Source: Kofleriaceae bacterium
GTDB taxonomy: Bacteria > Myxococcota_A > Polyangia > Haliangiales > Haliangiaceae
DNA length: 64,000 bases
Direction: 5' to 3'
NCBI GenBank assembly: GCA_965215005.1
Contig: CBDCCZ010000054.1
Location: 64,001-128,000, forward strand
The translations under genes and the position numbers were made by a program. Shown here one piece after another: positions 30,595 through 40,927 of the stretch (the first letter of the stretch is position 1; every line of letters starts with the position of its first letter). The notes below the pieces were generated by a model. It saw nothing but the letters and a program-made list of their open reading frames with translations. It did not search any database and had not been told where the DNA came from.

Positions 30595-33500
30595 GTGGCC
30601 GCCCGGGTTGAGTATGATGAGTGCCCCGTGAGCGCGAGCATTCCACCGGCAGTCGTCCGCCGTGGGGCGCAGCACTTTGACGCCGAAACCCTCGCGAGCG
30701 GCTTGGCGCTTGCGATCGAAGGGCGGGTGAGCCTGGTGCGGGCGGAGTGGCCGGTGGTCGCGCAAGTCGGCGGCTACAAAGGCCACGTGGTGACAGTGCA
30801 CTACGTGGCGGCCACCGAAACGATGCGCGGCGACTGTAGCTGCTCGGAGCGGGTCGATTGTGCGCACGCGGCGGCCGCGTTCGTCGTCGCGGGAGCCGGG
30901 GAGGCGAGCGAGGACCGGCTGGCGGCCCAGAAGCAGGAGGCGGTGGGCGAGTGGCTAACTCGATTGTCCGTTGAGACGACCAAGGAAGAGTCACGTGAGA
31001 CTCGGCAGGTTGTCGTTTACGTATTCGTGCTGGTGGAGGGCGCGCTGGCGTTGACGGTTCAGCGTACGACGCGACTCATGCGCGGCGGCTTTGGTCGAAG
31101 CTCGGTGCTGGGAGCGCTCGGTGACCCTTCGCGGGGCGCGCCGAGCTGGGTTCCGGTAGAAGACTTGCGCCGCATCGCGCTGCTCCGCGCAGTCACTGGC
31201 GTGGGTCCGCTCGATACCAACATGCGGCTCGAGCGGATGGATGGCGACCTGCTGCACGACGTGGTGCACAGCAAGCGGTTGTTCTATGAGAGCGTGGGGA
31301 CCCGGCCGCTGCAGTGGGGCCTCCCGCGACGAAGCGAGCTGCGTTGGGAAGTCGATGCGAAAACAGAAGAGTATCGCGTGGGGCTCGGAGATAGCCTGAT
31401 CCTGTTGCCAACGCGCCAATGCCACTACCTCGACCTGATCGAGGGCCTCGTCGGCCCCCTCGACGTCGGTGTGGCGCCCGCCGTCGTACAGCATCTGTTG
31501 ACGGCACCGCCGGTGCCCAAGGCGATGCTCGCGGTGGTCACCGCCAACCTGCAGCGAGTGCTCGGCGAGCAATCACCGCTCATCACCACGGCACAAGCAG
31601 GTGCAAGCAAGCGCGCCTCGCTCCCCCAGATGCAGCCAGAGCTGCGCGTGATGCTCGACGATGCTACCGGCAATCTGGAGGTCGTGGCGGATGCGCTCTA
31701 CGATGACGACCGGTTTTCGCTGGCGGCTTGGGATGCGCAGCGGCCGCTGGTGCGCGACCTGGCGGCTGAAGGGCAACGGCGTCGGCGCCTCGATAGCTTG
31801 CTCGCAGCCGCCGTGCGCGGCAGCTCTGGCCACCGCGCGCAAGACGTCTTGGCACAGGCGCGTCATCTCGCGCACACCGTCGTGCCGGTGCTTGCGGAGG
31901 AGGGCTGGCGCTGCGTGATCGATGAGGACGTGCCGGTCGAGGCGCCGACGCTGCCCGAGGCGTGGGTCGAGCGTCTGGAGCCGCTGCGCGAGGACCGCGA
32001 GTGGTTTCGCCTCGAGCTCGGGGTGGTCATTGCTGGCCGTACCGTGTCGCTGCTGCCTATTTTGCTCGACGCGATTGCCAACGGCGAGCTGCCTTTGGAC
32101 CATCCGCTTATCGGCACCGTGGCGCTCGCGGGAAAGAATCTGCGCTTGCCCGATGGCGAGCTGGTTCACATTTCGGGAGAACGACTCGAGCGGTGGCTGC
32201 GACCGCTGATCGAGCTCCAGCTGCGAGGCCTCGAGAAAGGTAATCTAGAGGTTCCGGCGCTGATTGCCGCGCAGCTGGTTGAGAACGACAGCGCCGGGCG
32301 CTTCTCGCATGCGGCGGAGCTCGCGCAAGCACGCGCTCGGCTCGAGCAAATGGTGTCGCTGTCGGCGGCGCAAGAGCCAGGTTCGTTTGCCGGCACGCTG
32401 CGCGACTATCAGCGCCGGGGACTGGCGTGGCTACGACTCTTGCATGATAGCGGCTATGGTGGCCTCCTCGCCGATGAGATGGGCCTTGGCAAGACAGTCC
32501 AGGTGCTTGCCTTTCTCGAGTCGCTACGCGCCGATGGCAAGCTGAGCTCTCCGGCGCTCGTCATCGCGCCGCGCAGCGTAGTTGGCCACTGGCGCGCCGA
32601 AGCGCAGCGGTTTGCCGCTTCACTGGCGCCCGTGCTTCATCTAGGACCGGGACGCGCGCGAGATGCTGAGGCGCTGGCGACGGCGTCTGTCGTGGTGACT
32701 TCCTACCAAACCATGTTGCGCGACGGCGAGATGCTGGCCGGGCTGAAGTGGTCGACGCTCATCTTTGATGAGATGCAGGCGCTAAAAAACCCAAAGACTC
32801 GCCTGCGCAAGGTGGCGGCTTCGCTGCGCGCTGGCAGTCGGATTGGAATCACCGGCACGCCAATCGAAAATCGTCTGCGCGAGTTATGGTCGCAGCTCGA
32901 TGTGGTGATGCCGGGGCTGCTCGGACGCAAGGCGACCTTCGAAGCGGTGTTTGGCCGCCCGGTGGAGAAGCACGCCGACAGCCGAGTGCTGGCGCTACTG
33001 CGGCAGCGCATTCGCCCGTTTCTGCTGCGGCGCACTAAGCGAAGTGTCGAGCTCGAGTTGCCAGACAAGGTCGAGCTAATCGAGCGGGTCGAGCTCGGGG
33101 CTCGTCAACGGGACTACTATGAGAGCTTGCGCGCCAGTCTGGACGAGGACGTGCGCAGAGCGCTGCATAGCAAGGGGATCCAAGGCTCCTCGCTCATGAT
33201 CCTGGACGCTCTGCTCAAGCTGCGCCAATGCTGCTGTGATCCGCGCTTGGTGAAGATGCCGCAAGCACCTGCCATACGAGAATCGGCGAAGCTCGAGCGA
33301 CTCATGAGCATGCTCGAGGAGCTCGCTGATAGCGGCCGCTTCGTGCTGGTGTTCTCGCAGTTCACGACCATGCTGCGGTTGATTGCCCGCGCATGCGATG
33401 CCGCCAAGCTGGCGTATCTCGAGCTCACAGGAGCAAGCCGCGACCGCGACGAGGTGGTTCGTCGCTTCCAAGCAGGCGCCGCACCGGTGCTGCTGGTGAG

Positions 33501-33786
33501 CCTCAAAGCCGGTGGTCTCGGTCTCAATCTCACGCGCGCCGATACCGTGATTCACTACGATCCTTGGTGGAATCCGGCGGCGGAGGATCAGGCCACCGAT
33601 CGCGCGCATCGCATTGGCCAGACGCGGCGCGTCTTCGTGTATCGGCTAGTCGCAACCGGCACCTTGGAGGAGCGCATCGTGGAGCTGCAGGAGCAAAAGC
33701 GAGCTCTCATGAACGCGGCGCTCGCGGGCGGCGCCGGAGCGATTGACGCTAGCGACCTCGAGGCGCTCTACCGGGTGTTGATTTGA
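30595..33786 (+). CDS. SWIM zinc finger plus SNF2-family helicase/ATPase
   Basis: CSC..CAH; LADEMGLGKT, DEMQ, TGTPIEN, QATDRAHRIGQ. Start uncertain. Confidence 0.9.
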   Translation: MAARVEYDECPVSASIPPAVVRRGAQHFDAETLASGLALAIEGRVSLVRAEWPVVAQVGGYKGHVVTVHYVAATETMRGDCSCSERVDCAHAAAAFVVAGAGEASEDRLAAQKQEAVGEWLTRLSVETTKEESRETRQVVVYVFVLVEGALALTVQRTTRLMRGGFGRSSVLGALGDPSRGAPSWVPVEDLRRIALLRAVTGVGPLDTNMRLERMDGDLLHDVVHSKRLFYESVGTRPLQWGLPRRSELRWEVDAKTEEYRVGLGDSLILLPTRQCHYLDLIEGLVGPLDVGVAPAVVQHLLTAPPVPKAMLAVVTANLQRVLGEQSPLITTAQAGASKRASLPQMQPELRVMLDDATGNLEVVADALYDDDRFSLAAWDAQRPLVRDLAAEGQRRRRLDSLLAAAVRGSSGHRAQDVLAQARHLAHTVVPVLAEEGWRCVIDEDVPVEAPTLPEAWVERLEPLREDREWFRLELGVVIAGRTVSLLPILLDAIANGELPLDHPLIGTVALAGKNLRLPDGELVHISGERLERWLRPLIELQLRGLEKGNLEVPALIAAQLVENDSAGRFSHAAELAQARARLEQMVSLSAAQEPGSFAGTLRDYQRRGLAWLRLLHDSGYGGLLADEMGLGKTVQVLAFLESLRADGKLSSPALVIAPRSVVGHWRAEAQRFAASLAPVLHLGPGRARDAEALATASVVVTSYQTMLRDGEMLAGLKWSTLIFDEMQALKNPKTRLRKVAASLRAGSRIGITGTPIENRLRELWSQLDVVMPGLLGRKATFEAVFGRPVEKHADSRVLALLRQRIRPFLLRRTKRSVELELPDKVELIERVELGARQRDYYESLRASLDEDVRRALHSKGIQGSSLMILDALLKLRQCCCDPRLVKMPQAPAIRESAKLERLMSMLEELADSGRFVLVFSQFTTMLRLIARACDAAKLAYLELTGASRDRDEVVRRFQAGAAPVLLVSLKAGGLGLNLTRADTVIHYDPWWNPAAEDQATDRAHRIGQTRRVFVYRLVATGTLEERIVELQEQKRALMNAALAGGAGAIDASDLEALYRVLI

Positions 33787-33811
33787 GTGAGATGCCGGCC
33801 CACTACCTCGA

Positions 33812-34447
33812 CTACCGCCGCTGCGTAGCGAGCCAGCCGATTGCCATCGCCACCAGCGCTTCGCCAAACGCCTCTGCATCGATATGACTGGGCTGATCGC
33901 GGCCGTAGCAGAGAGTGCCGTAGCGAACGGTGCGGACCAACGTGAAGGCCGCCATGTCCGGATCTGCAAGCGTTGGCTCCCTGACCCGAAGAAACCCAGT
34001 GAGCGCCGCAGTGGCCAACCGGTCGATCTCGGTACTCACCTCCAGCGCATCGGTGGTCGGCGCATGGAGAAGGAACGAGCGGACCAGCTCGGGTTCATCA
34101 TGTGAACGGCGCATCATGTAGCGAACCGCCTCGCGAATTGCCTGCTCGGTCGTCGTGGACTCCGTCAATAGCGACAGAATGACCTGTCCGTCCTGTTGGA
34201 GGCGTCTGCGAGCCGCCTCGGCCAAGAGGGCATCCTTGTCTTCGAAGTACTCGTAGAGGCTGGCAATCCCAGTTCCGGCGACCTTGGCGATTCGGTTGGT
34301 GGAGGTGCCGGCGTAGCCGTACTGTGCCAGGCAGCGCTCCGTGCTCTCTACGAGCGCGTCGATGGTGGCCCGCGCTCGATCTTGTCGCGGTAGCCGCCGG
34401 CGACCGGATTTGACGTTCTTGGGCTCGGTCTTGGTCTTTCGCGCCAC
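33812..34447 (-). CDS. TetR family transcriptional regulator
   Basis: PRQDRARAT..TNRIAKVAG.GIASLYEYF.DK HTH. Start GTG 34447 tentative. Confidence 0.88.
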   Translation of the reverse strand: MARKTKTEPKNVKSGRRRLPRQDRARATIDALVESTERCLAQYGYAGTSTNRIAKVAGTGIASLYEYFEDKDALLAEAARRRLQQDGQVILSLLTESTTTEQAIREAVRYMMRRSHDEPELVRSFLLHAPTTDALEVSTEIDRLATAALTGFLRVREPTLADPDMAAFTLVRTVRYGTLCYGRDQPSHIDAEAFGEALVAMAIGWLATQRR

Positions 34448-34792
34448 GTGAGTAACTAGCGTAGCGGGTGCAGCGAGCGGCAACAATCGCGTGTTGAATA
34501 GTCGTGGTGTTTTTGTAGTGTGACTTGATACGTCTGAAAAATCTGCTGCGGTGATAGCTGTAGCGTGAGCTACGTGCACATTACTGCGCGACGAGCTGCT
34601 CGGATTTTGCAATCCGCGCAGAGCCCGCCAATCCGTTCGCTAACGTCCCAGATGCCGCGGTGCGCTCGGATCTGAAGTGGGAGCTGCGAGCAAAGAAACC
34701 TGCGTGTTACTTTGGATGCACGGGTTGCCGGCTGTGGGATGGCCAAGCGCGACCTGATTACCGGACCTCAGCGGTCCAGGAAAGGGATATCT

Positions 34793-36730
34793 ATGTCCAC
34801 GAAGTTCGTGTTGATCATGACACTGTGCATGGCAGCGGCATGCGCAATGCCGGAAGATGATGGTGAGGGAGTGCTGCTGGCGCAGGCAGCTTCCTGTGCC
34901 ACTACCAAGTACGACGCCCGAAACGACTTCTCCCATGGTGTTGGCGCGGACGCTGGCGATGGCTGGAACATCTTCACCAATGGCTCGATCTGGCGTGATC
35001 ACGCCTTCTCGGGCGAATCGACGATCAGAGTACGAGCCCGAGGTGAGCGCGCGGGCGGCGCATGGCCACGCATGCGAGTGTCCGTTGGTGGAACCAATCT
35101 GGGGGAGCGCGTGGTGTCATCTGCCAAGTTTGCGACGTATAGCTTTGATACGTCGGGAATTCGGGGCAGTAAGAGGATTCGTATCGAGTTTCTGAATGAC
35201 TATGTTGGCGGCGGAAACGACCGCAACCTCATCGTGAAACATGCATCTCTGGTGTGCACGGGCTGTCAGCCCACGACCTACGACGCGCGCACCGACTTGC
35301 GCCACTCGACGGGTGGCGACGCGGGCGACGGATGGAACTTGTGGACCAACGGTCGCGTTTGGACCGAGCACAGCTTCGCTGGCGAGCGTCGCGTGGTGGT
35401 GCGGGCACGCGGCGACTACGCGGGCGGCGCGTGGCCGCGCATGCGCTTGGTCGTCGCAGGACAAACGATTGGCGAGGTCAACGTGAATTCGTCAGATTAC
35501 AAAAACTACGCGTTCACGATTCCGGCTCGGACGAATAACGCGGAGCTGGCGGTGAGGTTTCTGAATGACTACGTGTCGTCGGATGGCGACCGCAACCTCT
35601 ACATTGCCACGGTCAAAGTGACGTGTGACGGCGGAGGCGGTGACGGCGGCGGCGGTGATGGCGGCGGCGGTGACGGCGGCGGCGGTGATGGCGGCGGCGT
35701 GTGCCCCAAGATCGCTGAGCTGCCGCGGTTGCGCGGCGTCAATCTCTCGGGCGCCGAGCACGCTTCGGGCAATCTCCCCGGATGCCACGACGATCAAAAC
35801 GGCAATTGCTACTACTGGCCGGAGAATCGCGAGGTTGATTATTGGAAAGAGAAAGGCGCCACGATGTTGCGCCTACCGATTCTTTGGGAGCGGCTGCAGC
35901 CCACCGCCGGTGGCGGGTTCGATGCCTTCAATCGCGACAACCTAGATCGGCTGGTCAAGCGCATTACAGACAAAGGCATGTACGTGCTCATCGATGTGCA
36001 CAACTACGGCAGCTACCGCGGCAACGCGGTGGACTCCGACGCTGAGCGGCGCAACTTTCGCGATCTTTGGAAGCGCCTTGCCAACCGATATGGTGACAAC
36101 TGTCGGGTGATCTTCGGGCTCATGAATGAGCCTGTTTCGTGCGGTGGCAACTGCACGTTGCGGATGATGAATGCGGCGATTGCGGGCATCCGCAACGATG
36201 CTGGCAAGTCCAATCCGATCTTCGTCACGGGACTCGGCTATTCGGGTGGTCACGAATGGGACAATCCGTGGTGGGATACTCGCTTTGGCGGCCCTGGGGA
36301 GACCACAGCTTCGATCCTCGATGATGGCGTGCAGGATCCGCTGGATAACTTCGCGATCGAGGTCCATCAATACGTCGACGATCAGCACAGTGGTAGTAAC
36401 TCCTCCTGCTCTGATGACAAAAGCGGTCGACGCAACCTCACTCGACCCACCGAGTGGGCTCGTGAGCATGGCTATAAGCTGTTTCTCGGCGAGTATGCGT
36501 CGAACGCCAACAGTGCTTGCTATGACGCGGCCAACACGATGATCGACTACACCGACGCCAACACGGATGTGTGGCTTGGCTGGACGTATTGGGCTGGCGG
36601 CAGCGCGTGGGGCTGTTACGCTGATGGCAGCTACGATCCGCAAGCGCTGGTATCCCCGCACTGCGGCCCCGGCGGCTGGGGCGATAGGCCCAGCACCAAC
36701 AACGTGCTCGAGCGCCAGGGACTGCGTTAG
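34793..36730 (+). CDS. Exported (probable lipoprotein) GH5 glycoside hydrolase with two tandem CBM60-like modules
   Basis: Signal ending in AAAC; duplicated RARG..AGGAWPRM..FLNDY..DRNL modules; GH5 motifs RLPILWERL, IDVHNY, MNEP, GEY. Confidence 0.88.
   Translation: MSTKFVLIMTLCMAAACAMPEDDGEGVLLAQAASCATTKYDARNDFSHGVGADAGDGWNIFTNGSIWRDHAFSGESTIRVRARGERAGGAWPRMRVSVGGTNLGERVVSSAKFATYSFDTSGIRGSKRIRIEFLNDYVGGGNDRNLIVKHASLVCTGCQPTTYDARTDLRHSTGGDAGDGWNLWTNGRVWTEHSFAGERRVVVRARGDYAGGAWPRMRLVVAGQTIGEVNVNSSDYKNYAFTIPARTNNAELAVRFLNDYVSSDGDRNLYIATVKVTCDGGGGDGGGGDGGGGDGGGGDGGGVCPKIAELPRLRGVNLSGAEHASGNLPGCHDDQNGNCYYWPENREVDYWKEKGATMLRLPILWERLQPTAGGGFDAFNRDNLDRLVKRITDKGMYVLIDVHNYGSYRGNAVDSDAERRNFRDLWKRLANRYGDNCRVIFGLMNEPVSCGGNCTLRMMNAAIAGIRNDAGKSNPIFVTGLGYSGGHEWDNPWWDTRFGGPGETTASILDDGVQDPLDNFAIEVHQYVDDQHSGSNSSCSDDKSGRRNLTRPTEWAREHGYKLFLGEYASNANSACYDAANTMIDYTDANTDVWLGWTYWAGGSAWGCYADGSYDPQALVSPHCGPGGWGDRPSTNNVLERQGLR
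35627..35701 (+). repeat. 15-bp tandem repeat x5 encoding a DGGGG linker
   Basis: GAYGGCGGMGGCGGT units between the CBMs and GH5. Confidence 0.9.
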
Positions 36731-36755
36731 TCGCTCCCCTGGCTAACACCGACGG

Positions 36756-36908
36756 CTAGTACGACGCCGCGGGATTGATGACGCAGAAATCCGCCGCCCC
36801 GATGCGGGGCAAGGGCGGCAGATTTCTGCTACTCACGTGCCCCCTTCGGCGTCTCCCTCATCGACCGTTGCTTTCTAGTGGTTCACGACTTCCGCCGTGA
36901 ACCACTAG
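36756..36908. repeat. ~153-bp CTAG-bounded structured dispersed repeat (inverted relative to the 23252 copy)
   Basis: Direct sequence comparison with 23252-23406. Confidence 0.9.
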
Positions 36909-37287
36909 CAGCCGTCGCGTGCCTGTTCGGGCATCCCATGACGGAAGAGGCGAGCAGCGATTCGACGCTGCTCGCCATCTTCGTCGCCTCGACTACTCCT
37001 CCGCTCGTCTTTCCCTTCGGTGGCCTTCTCTCCGCGGCTGTTGGTGCCTGATTGCTTCGCGTCGAAGGTGCGGATGCGAGCGCCAGCAGAGGAGCAAAGG
37101 TTCTGATTTTTCAGGCTCAGCCGGAGAAGTAGTAAGCTACATCTCGTCAGTAACGCCGTTCTTCGGCGGCTGGAAATGTTTCTTGCAGTACGGTTAGCGG
37201 CGCACTATATGTCCGAGGCCGACATGGTCGGACATCACAGTGATGTTCCTCAACGTCGGTGTGCATCACCACGACGAGGAGTCGTTC

Positions 37288-38565
37288 ATGACCGAGCCGC
37301 CAATCAGCCGTGCCGTTGCGTCCCGTGGCACAGCCGCAAGCAGCGATCATCGCCACCCGCAAGCAGCCATCAGTCGCGTTGGTCGGCTGCCCGCACTGGG
37401 ACTTCTGGCGTGTGTGTTGGCAGCGAGCGGCTGTGCCATGGAGCCAGCGTCGCCGTATGCCTTCGATAGTCTCGATGAAGAGCTCACTGCAGGGCAGATT
37501 CGCGGTGGCGATCTCGCCGCGCGCACGTTGAGCCTCACGTTCGATGATGGCCCCGGTCCAAGAACCGCCGAGCTCGCCCGTTACCTCGCGGCAGAAGGCA
37601 TTCGCGCGACCTTCTTCATGGTTGGCAAGAATGCCCGTGGCCAGGAGGCACTGCTCGAGGAGGTGCAGAGCCTCGGTCATCTCGTGGCAAATCACAGCTT
37701 CAATCACGAGGACATGCGCGCGGTCGCCGCTCCGGTGAGCGAAATCAGCGACACTCATGACGTCATCGCGCCGTGGGTGTCGGGCTCGGCGTTTCTGTTC
37801 AGAGCGCCGTACGGCGCATGGAACGCCGCCGTTGCGGCCTTGTTGAATCAACGCGGGTTCGACTACTACGTCGGTCCCATCTTCTGGGACATCGGCGGCG
37901 AGATGACCAGCCGCTACGCCGCCGACTGGGCCTGTTGGAACGCCGGCCGAAGCGCCGAGAGCTGCGGCCAGAGTTACTTAAATGAGATCCACGATCGCGG
38001 TCGCGGCATCGTCCTTGCGCACGATACCCACAGCCGCACCATCGACATGGTCAAGTGGCTGGTTCCCCGGCTCAAGGCAGAGGGCTACGAGTTCGTGCGC
38101 GTGGATGAGGTTCCCGCGATCGCGGCAGCAGTGACCGCGGCCGGCGGTGAGCCAGGCGTCGGCGCAGGTGACGAAGAAGGCCAGATTCTTGGCCCGATCG
38201 AATGCCCCGCGGGTTATTCGTTGATCGACATCGGTAGCCAGGGTGGCAAGCTTTGTGTCGACGGCACCAACGCCTGGGGTCCGTTTACGCAGGGAATGGT
38301 CGACCAGTGTCGGGCGTGGGGCGGCGGCGATGCATGTCAAACCGATCGCTGGGGCCAACGACTGGCGATTTCCGCCCGCGGTGATGGCTTGTGCCCACGA
38401 GGCGCCTCGTTCGACAGCGAGACTCGTTACTGCCAAGAAGCGGGCAACGCCTTCGGTCCGTTCCCCGCGGAGCTCGTTGCTCGCTGCATCCGCTACGGCG
38501 GTGGCGAGACCACGTGCCGCTCCGCCCGGTGGAATCGCAACTTCCTCGCCGCTCTTCTGCGTTAG
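37288..38565 (+). CDS. CE4/NodB polysaccharide deacetylase lipoprotein with two Cys-rich C-terminal repeats
   Basis: ASGC lipobox-like; TFDDGP, HSFNH, RAPYG, LAHD. Confidence 0.88.
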   Translation: MTEPPISRAVASRGTAASSDHRHPQAAISRVGRLPALGLLACVLAASGCAMEPASPYAFDSLDEELTAGQIRGGDLAARTLSLTFDDGPGPRTAELARYLAAEGIRATFFMVGKNARGQEALLEEVQSLGHLVANHSFNHEDMRAVAAPVSEISDTHDVIAPWVSGSAFLFRAPYGAWNAAVAALLNQRGFDYYVGPIFWDIGGEMTSRYAADWACWNAGRSAESCGQSYLNEIHDRGRGIVLAHDTHSRTIDMVKWLVPRLKAEGYEFVRVDEVPAIAAAVTAAGGEPGVGAGDEEGQILGPIECPAGYSLIDIGSQGGKLCVDGTNAWGPFTQGMVDQCRAWGGGDACQTDRWGQRLAISARGDGLCPRGASFDSETRYCQEAGNAFGPFPAELVARCIRYGGGETTCRSARWNRNFLAALLR

Positions 38566-38591
38566 CCCAACTGCACTCTCGAGCGAGTCCT

Positions 38592-39335
38592 ATGCATAGT
38601 CCCGCCAGCCGCCATACGTCCGACGCGTTCGAGCTCGTCTCGACCAGCGGTGAATACGATCTCGTCATCACCTGCGAGCACGCCTCGGAGCGGATGCCGG
38701 CGCCGTGGCAATGGCCGGCGGCCGACCGCTGGCTGGTGGGGACTCACTGGGCCTGGGATATCGGTGCTGAGCAGCTCGCGCGTGAGCTCAACGCCGAGCT
38801 CGGCGGCACGTTGGTGTTGTCGCGCTTCACACGTTTGCTCATCGACCCCAACCGCCCACTCGACGCTTCAACGCTGTTTCGCGCGGTGGCGGAGGGGCGC
38901 CAGGTCGAGCTCAACCGCGACCTCGACGAGCACGAACGCAATCGGCGAATCGAGCGCCTGTGGACGCCATATCATGAGGCAGTGGATGCAGCGGTAGGTG
39001 CTTGCCGCGCGCCGCTGCTGCTATCGATCCACACGTTCACTCCGATCTATGAAGGTTCGCGCCGTGAGCTCGAGGTTGGAGTGCTTTTCGATCGCGCCGA
39101 AGAGCCGTCGGCAAGCTTGGCGGCTGCGCTATCGGCGCATGGGATCGCCACCGAGCTCAACGAGCCATGGAGCGGGAAGGACGGGCTGATCTACGCGGTC
39201 GAGCGGCACGCGAACGCGCATGGGCGGATGCCGCTCGAGCTCGAGGTCAGGCAGGATTTGGCGGTGGAGGAAGTGTTCCGCGAGCGCCTCGTTGCGGCGC
39301 TCACGTCATGGCTTCGGGCTCGGCTGAGCGCTTAG
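38592..39335 (+). CDS. N-formylglutamate amidohydrolase family
   Basis: CEHAS, H.AWDIGA, SRFTRLLIDPNR, PYH, SIHTF, NEPW, LEVRQD. Confidence 0.88.
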   Translation: MHSPASRHTSDAFELVSTSGEYDLVITCEHASERMPAPWQWPAADRWLVGTHWAWDIGAEQLARELNAELGGTLVLSRFTRLLIDPNRPLDASTLFRAVAEGRQVELNRDLDEHERNRRIERLWTPYHEAVDAAVGACRAPLLLSIHTFTPIYEGSRRELEVGVLFDRAEEPSASLAAALSAHGIATELNEPWSGKDGLIYAVERHANAHGRMPLELEVRQDLAVEEVFRERLVAALTSWLRARLSA

Positions 39336-40663
39336 AGAAAGTCGATGCAGGCGAGGCGATCGCTGCCCATGGCGGCGTGAATGACCAGCGACTGCGCCCA
39401 AGCGCGCGCCAAGTGAGGCACCTGCACGCTGTCGCTTGCCGTACCGTCAGCCGCGGTGTCGAGCATTAGCCATATCTCATTGGCCTGCACGACCTCGGCG
39501 ACGCTTTGGTCGATCTTGTAGTGACCACCACCGTCACCGACGCTGCACGGCCGCTCATGAACGTGCACCATGTAGCTAGCGTTGGCCGCCAGGCCCGATG
39601 CCGAGAGCTCGACGTTCGTCGAGCCAGCAATCGTTCGCTCCATCGAAGCAGTGGCCATCAACTGGCCGAGACCCGCGGCCGTGGCGGCCTCGAGCACCAC
39701 CGCGGTTCCTTGCGTGGTAACCGTCGGATAGCTGTCGCGGGTGAGGTCGGCGCAGGCGACTTTGGGCGCCATCATCGGCGCCACGACGCGATGGATGACC
39801 ACACTTTGAGCATCCGCCCGCGCGACGTGCGGCGAGTTCAGCACCTGGTTCGTCGCACCGGTCGCGTCGAGCGTCACCACGGGCCACAGCTCATTTTCCT
39901 CGACAGTATCTTCGATGAGCGGGTCGATCTTATAGTGGCCGCCGGCGTCGTTAACGCTGCAAGGCAGCGCATGCACGTGGGCCATGTACTCGAGCGCGGG
40001 ATCCAGGCCGGTCGCCGCGAGTGTTACTTGCGTACCACTGGCGGTAACGGTCATCTGCGCCGAGCCCGCGATGGTTTGGTCGCCGGCTTCGGCTCCGGCA
40101 AAGGGTGCCAAGGTGCCAGCGGCGGAAAATGCGGTGCTATCGATCAAGTCGGCGCACGCCATCTTCTCCATGGTCATCGGTTCGTGGACCACCACTGACA
40201 TCGCATCTCCGCGCACGCGATGAGCAGCGCTGACCTCGGCTTGGCCGACGCCATCGGCGTCTGTGGTGAACCCAGGCCAAATCTCATTGCTCTCGACGGT
40301 GTCTTCGACGATCGGGCTGATCTTGTAATGCCCGCCGCCGTTTGCCGAACACGGCAATGCGTGCAGGTGGACGCCATACTTGACGTTGGCAGTGAGCCCG
40401 ACGACCTGCACTTGCACGATGCTGCTGCCATCGGTGTTGCGCACCAGCTCGGCAACGCCGTCGATGCCAACTCCCTGCGGATAGCCCGGCAGGGCAGCGA
40501 ATCGACCCGTTGCCACGGATTCGACAGCGACTGGCTGACCGCCGCCCATGGGGGTGCCACCACCTCCGGGCGCCGATTCGCCTACTTCACAAGCGACGGT
40601 CATGAGCGACAGCGACAGCCCGGCTGTAGCTGCCCAGAAACGAAGCGTTAATCGAGTCGACAT
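39332..40663 (-). CDS. Lipoprotein with three tandem Cu/Zn-SOD-fold domains (Cu-only-like)
   Basis: Lipobox TVAC; three repeats of H.H..PC...GGHY...E.W...S.V.H....AC. Confidence 0.8.
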   Translation of the reverse strand: MSTRLTLRFWAATAGLSLSLMTVACEVGESAPGGGGTPMGGGQPVAVESVATGRFAALPGYPQGVGIDGVAELVRNTDGSSIVQVQVVGLTANVKYGVHLHALPCSANGGGHYKISPIVEDTVESNEIWPGFTTDADGVGQAEVSAAHRVRGDAMSVVVHEPMTMEKMACADLIDSTAFSAAGTLAPFAGAEAGDQTIAGSAQMTVTASGTQVTLAATGLDPALEYMAHVHALPCSVNDAGGHYKIDPLIEDTVEENELWPVVTLDATGATNQVLNSPHVARADAQSVVIHRVVAPMMAPKVACADLTRDSYPTVTTQGTAVVLEAATAAGLGQLMATASMERTIAGSTNVELSASGLAANASYMVHVHERPCSVGDGGGHYKIDQSVAEVVQANEIWLMLDTAADGTASDSVQVPHLARAWAQSLVIHAAMGSDRLACIDFL

Positions 40664-40927
40664 ATCCACCTCCCCCGCGCCAAGCGGGCGAGGGGCCGTA
40701 CTGCAACGGAAGTGCCGCGGCACGTAGACGCTCACCCGAGACGGCTGAGCGTGAGACGCAAGCGTTTGTACGACTACGACCTTTACTTGGCGTAAACGCC
40801 CACCCGGGGCTGGGCGTCACCGATCGGGAAGTACAGACACCGGCAGCGGAGCAGCCGGTCGTGCAGGCGCAGCTGCGTGCGCCGGCCGACGTGCGAAGAC
40901 TTCGCACGTGCCCGCGCGCGTGTCATC

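Noticed and set aside
30595..33786. SNF2 ATPase as part of a defence system
   Set aside because: SWIM-SNF2 is a widespread standalone type; no methylase, nuclease or other defence partners adjacent.
37171..37187. TGGAAATGTTTCTTGCA as a sigma54 promoter
   Set aside because: GG-to-GC spacing is 11 rather than the required 10.
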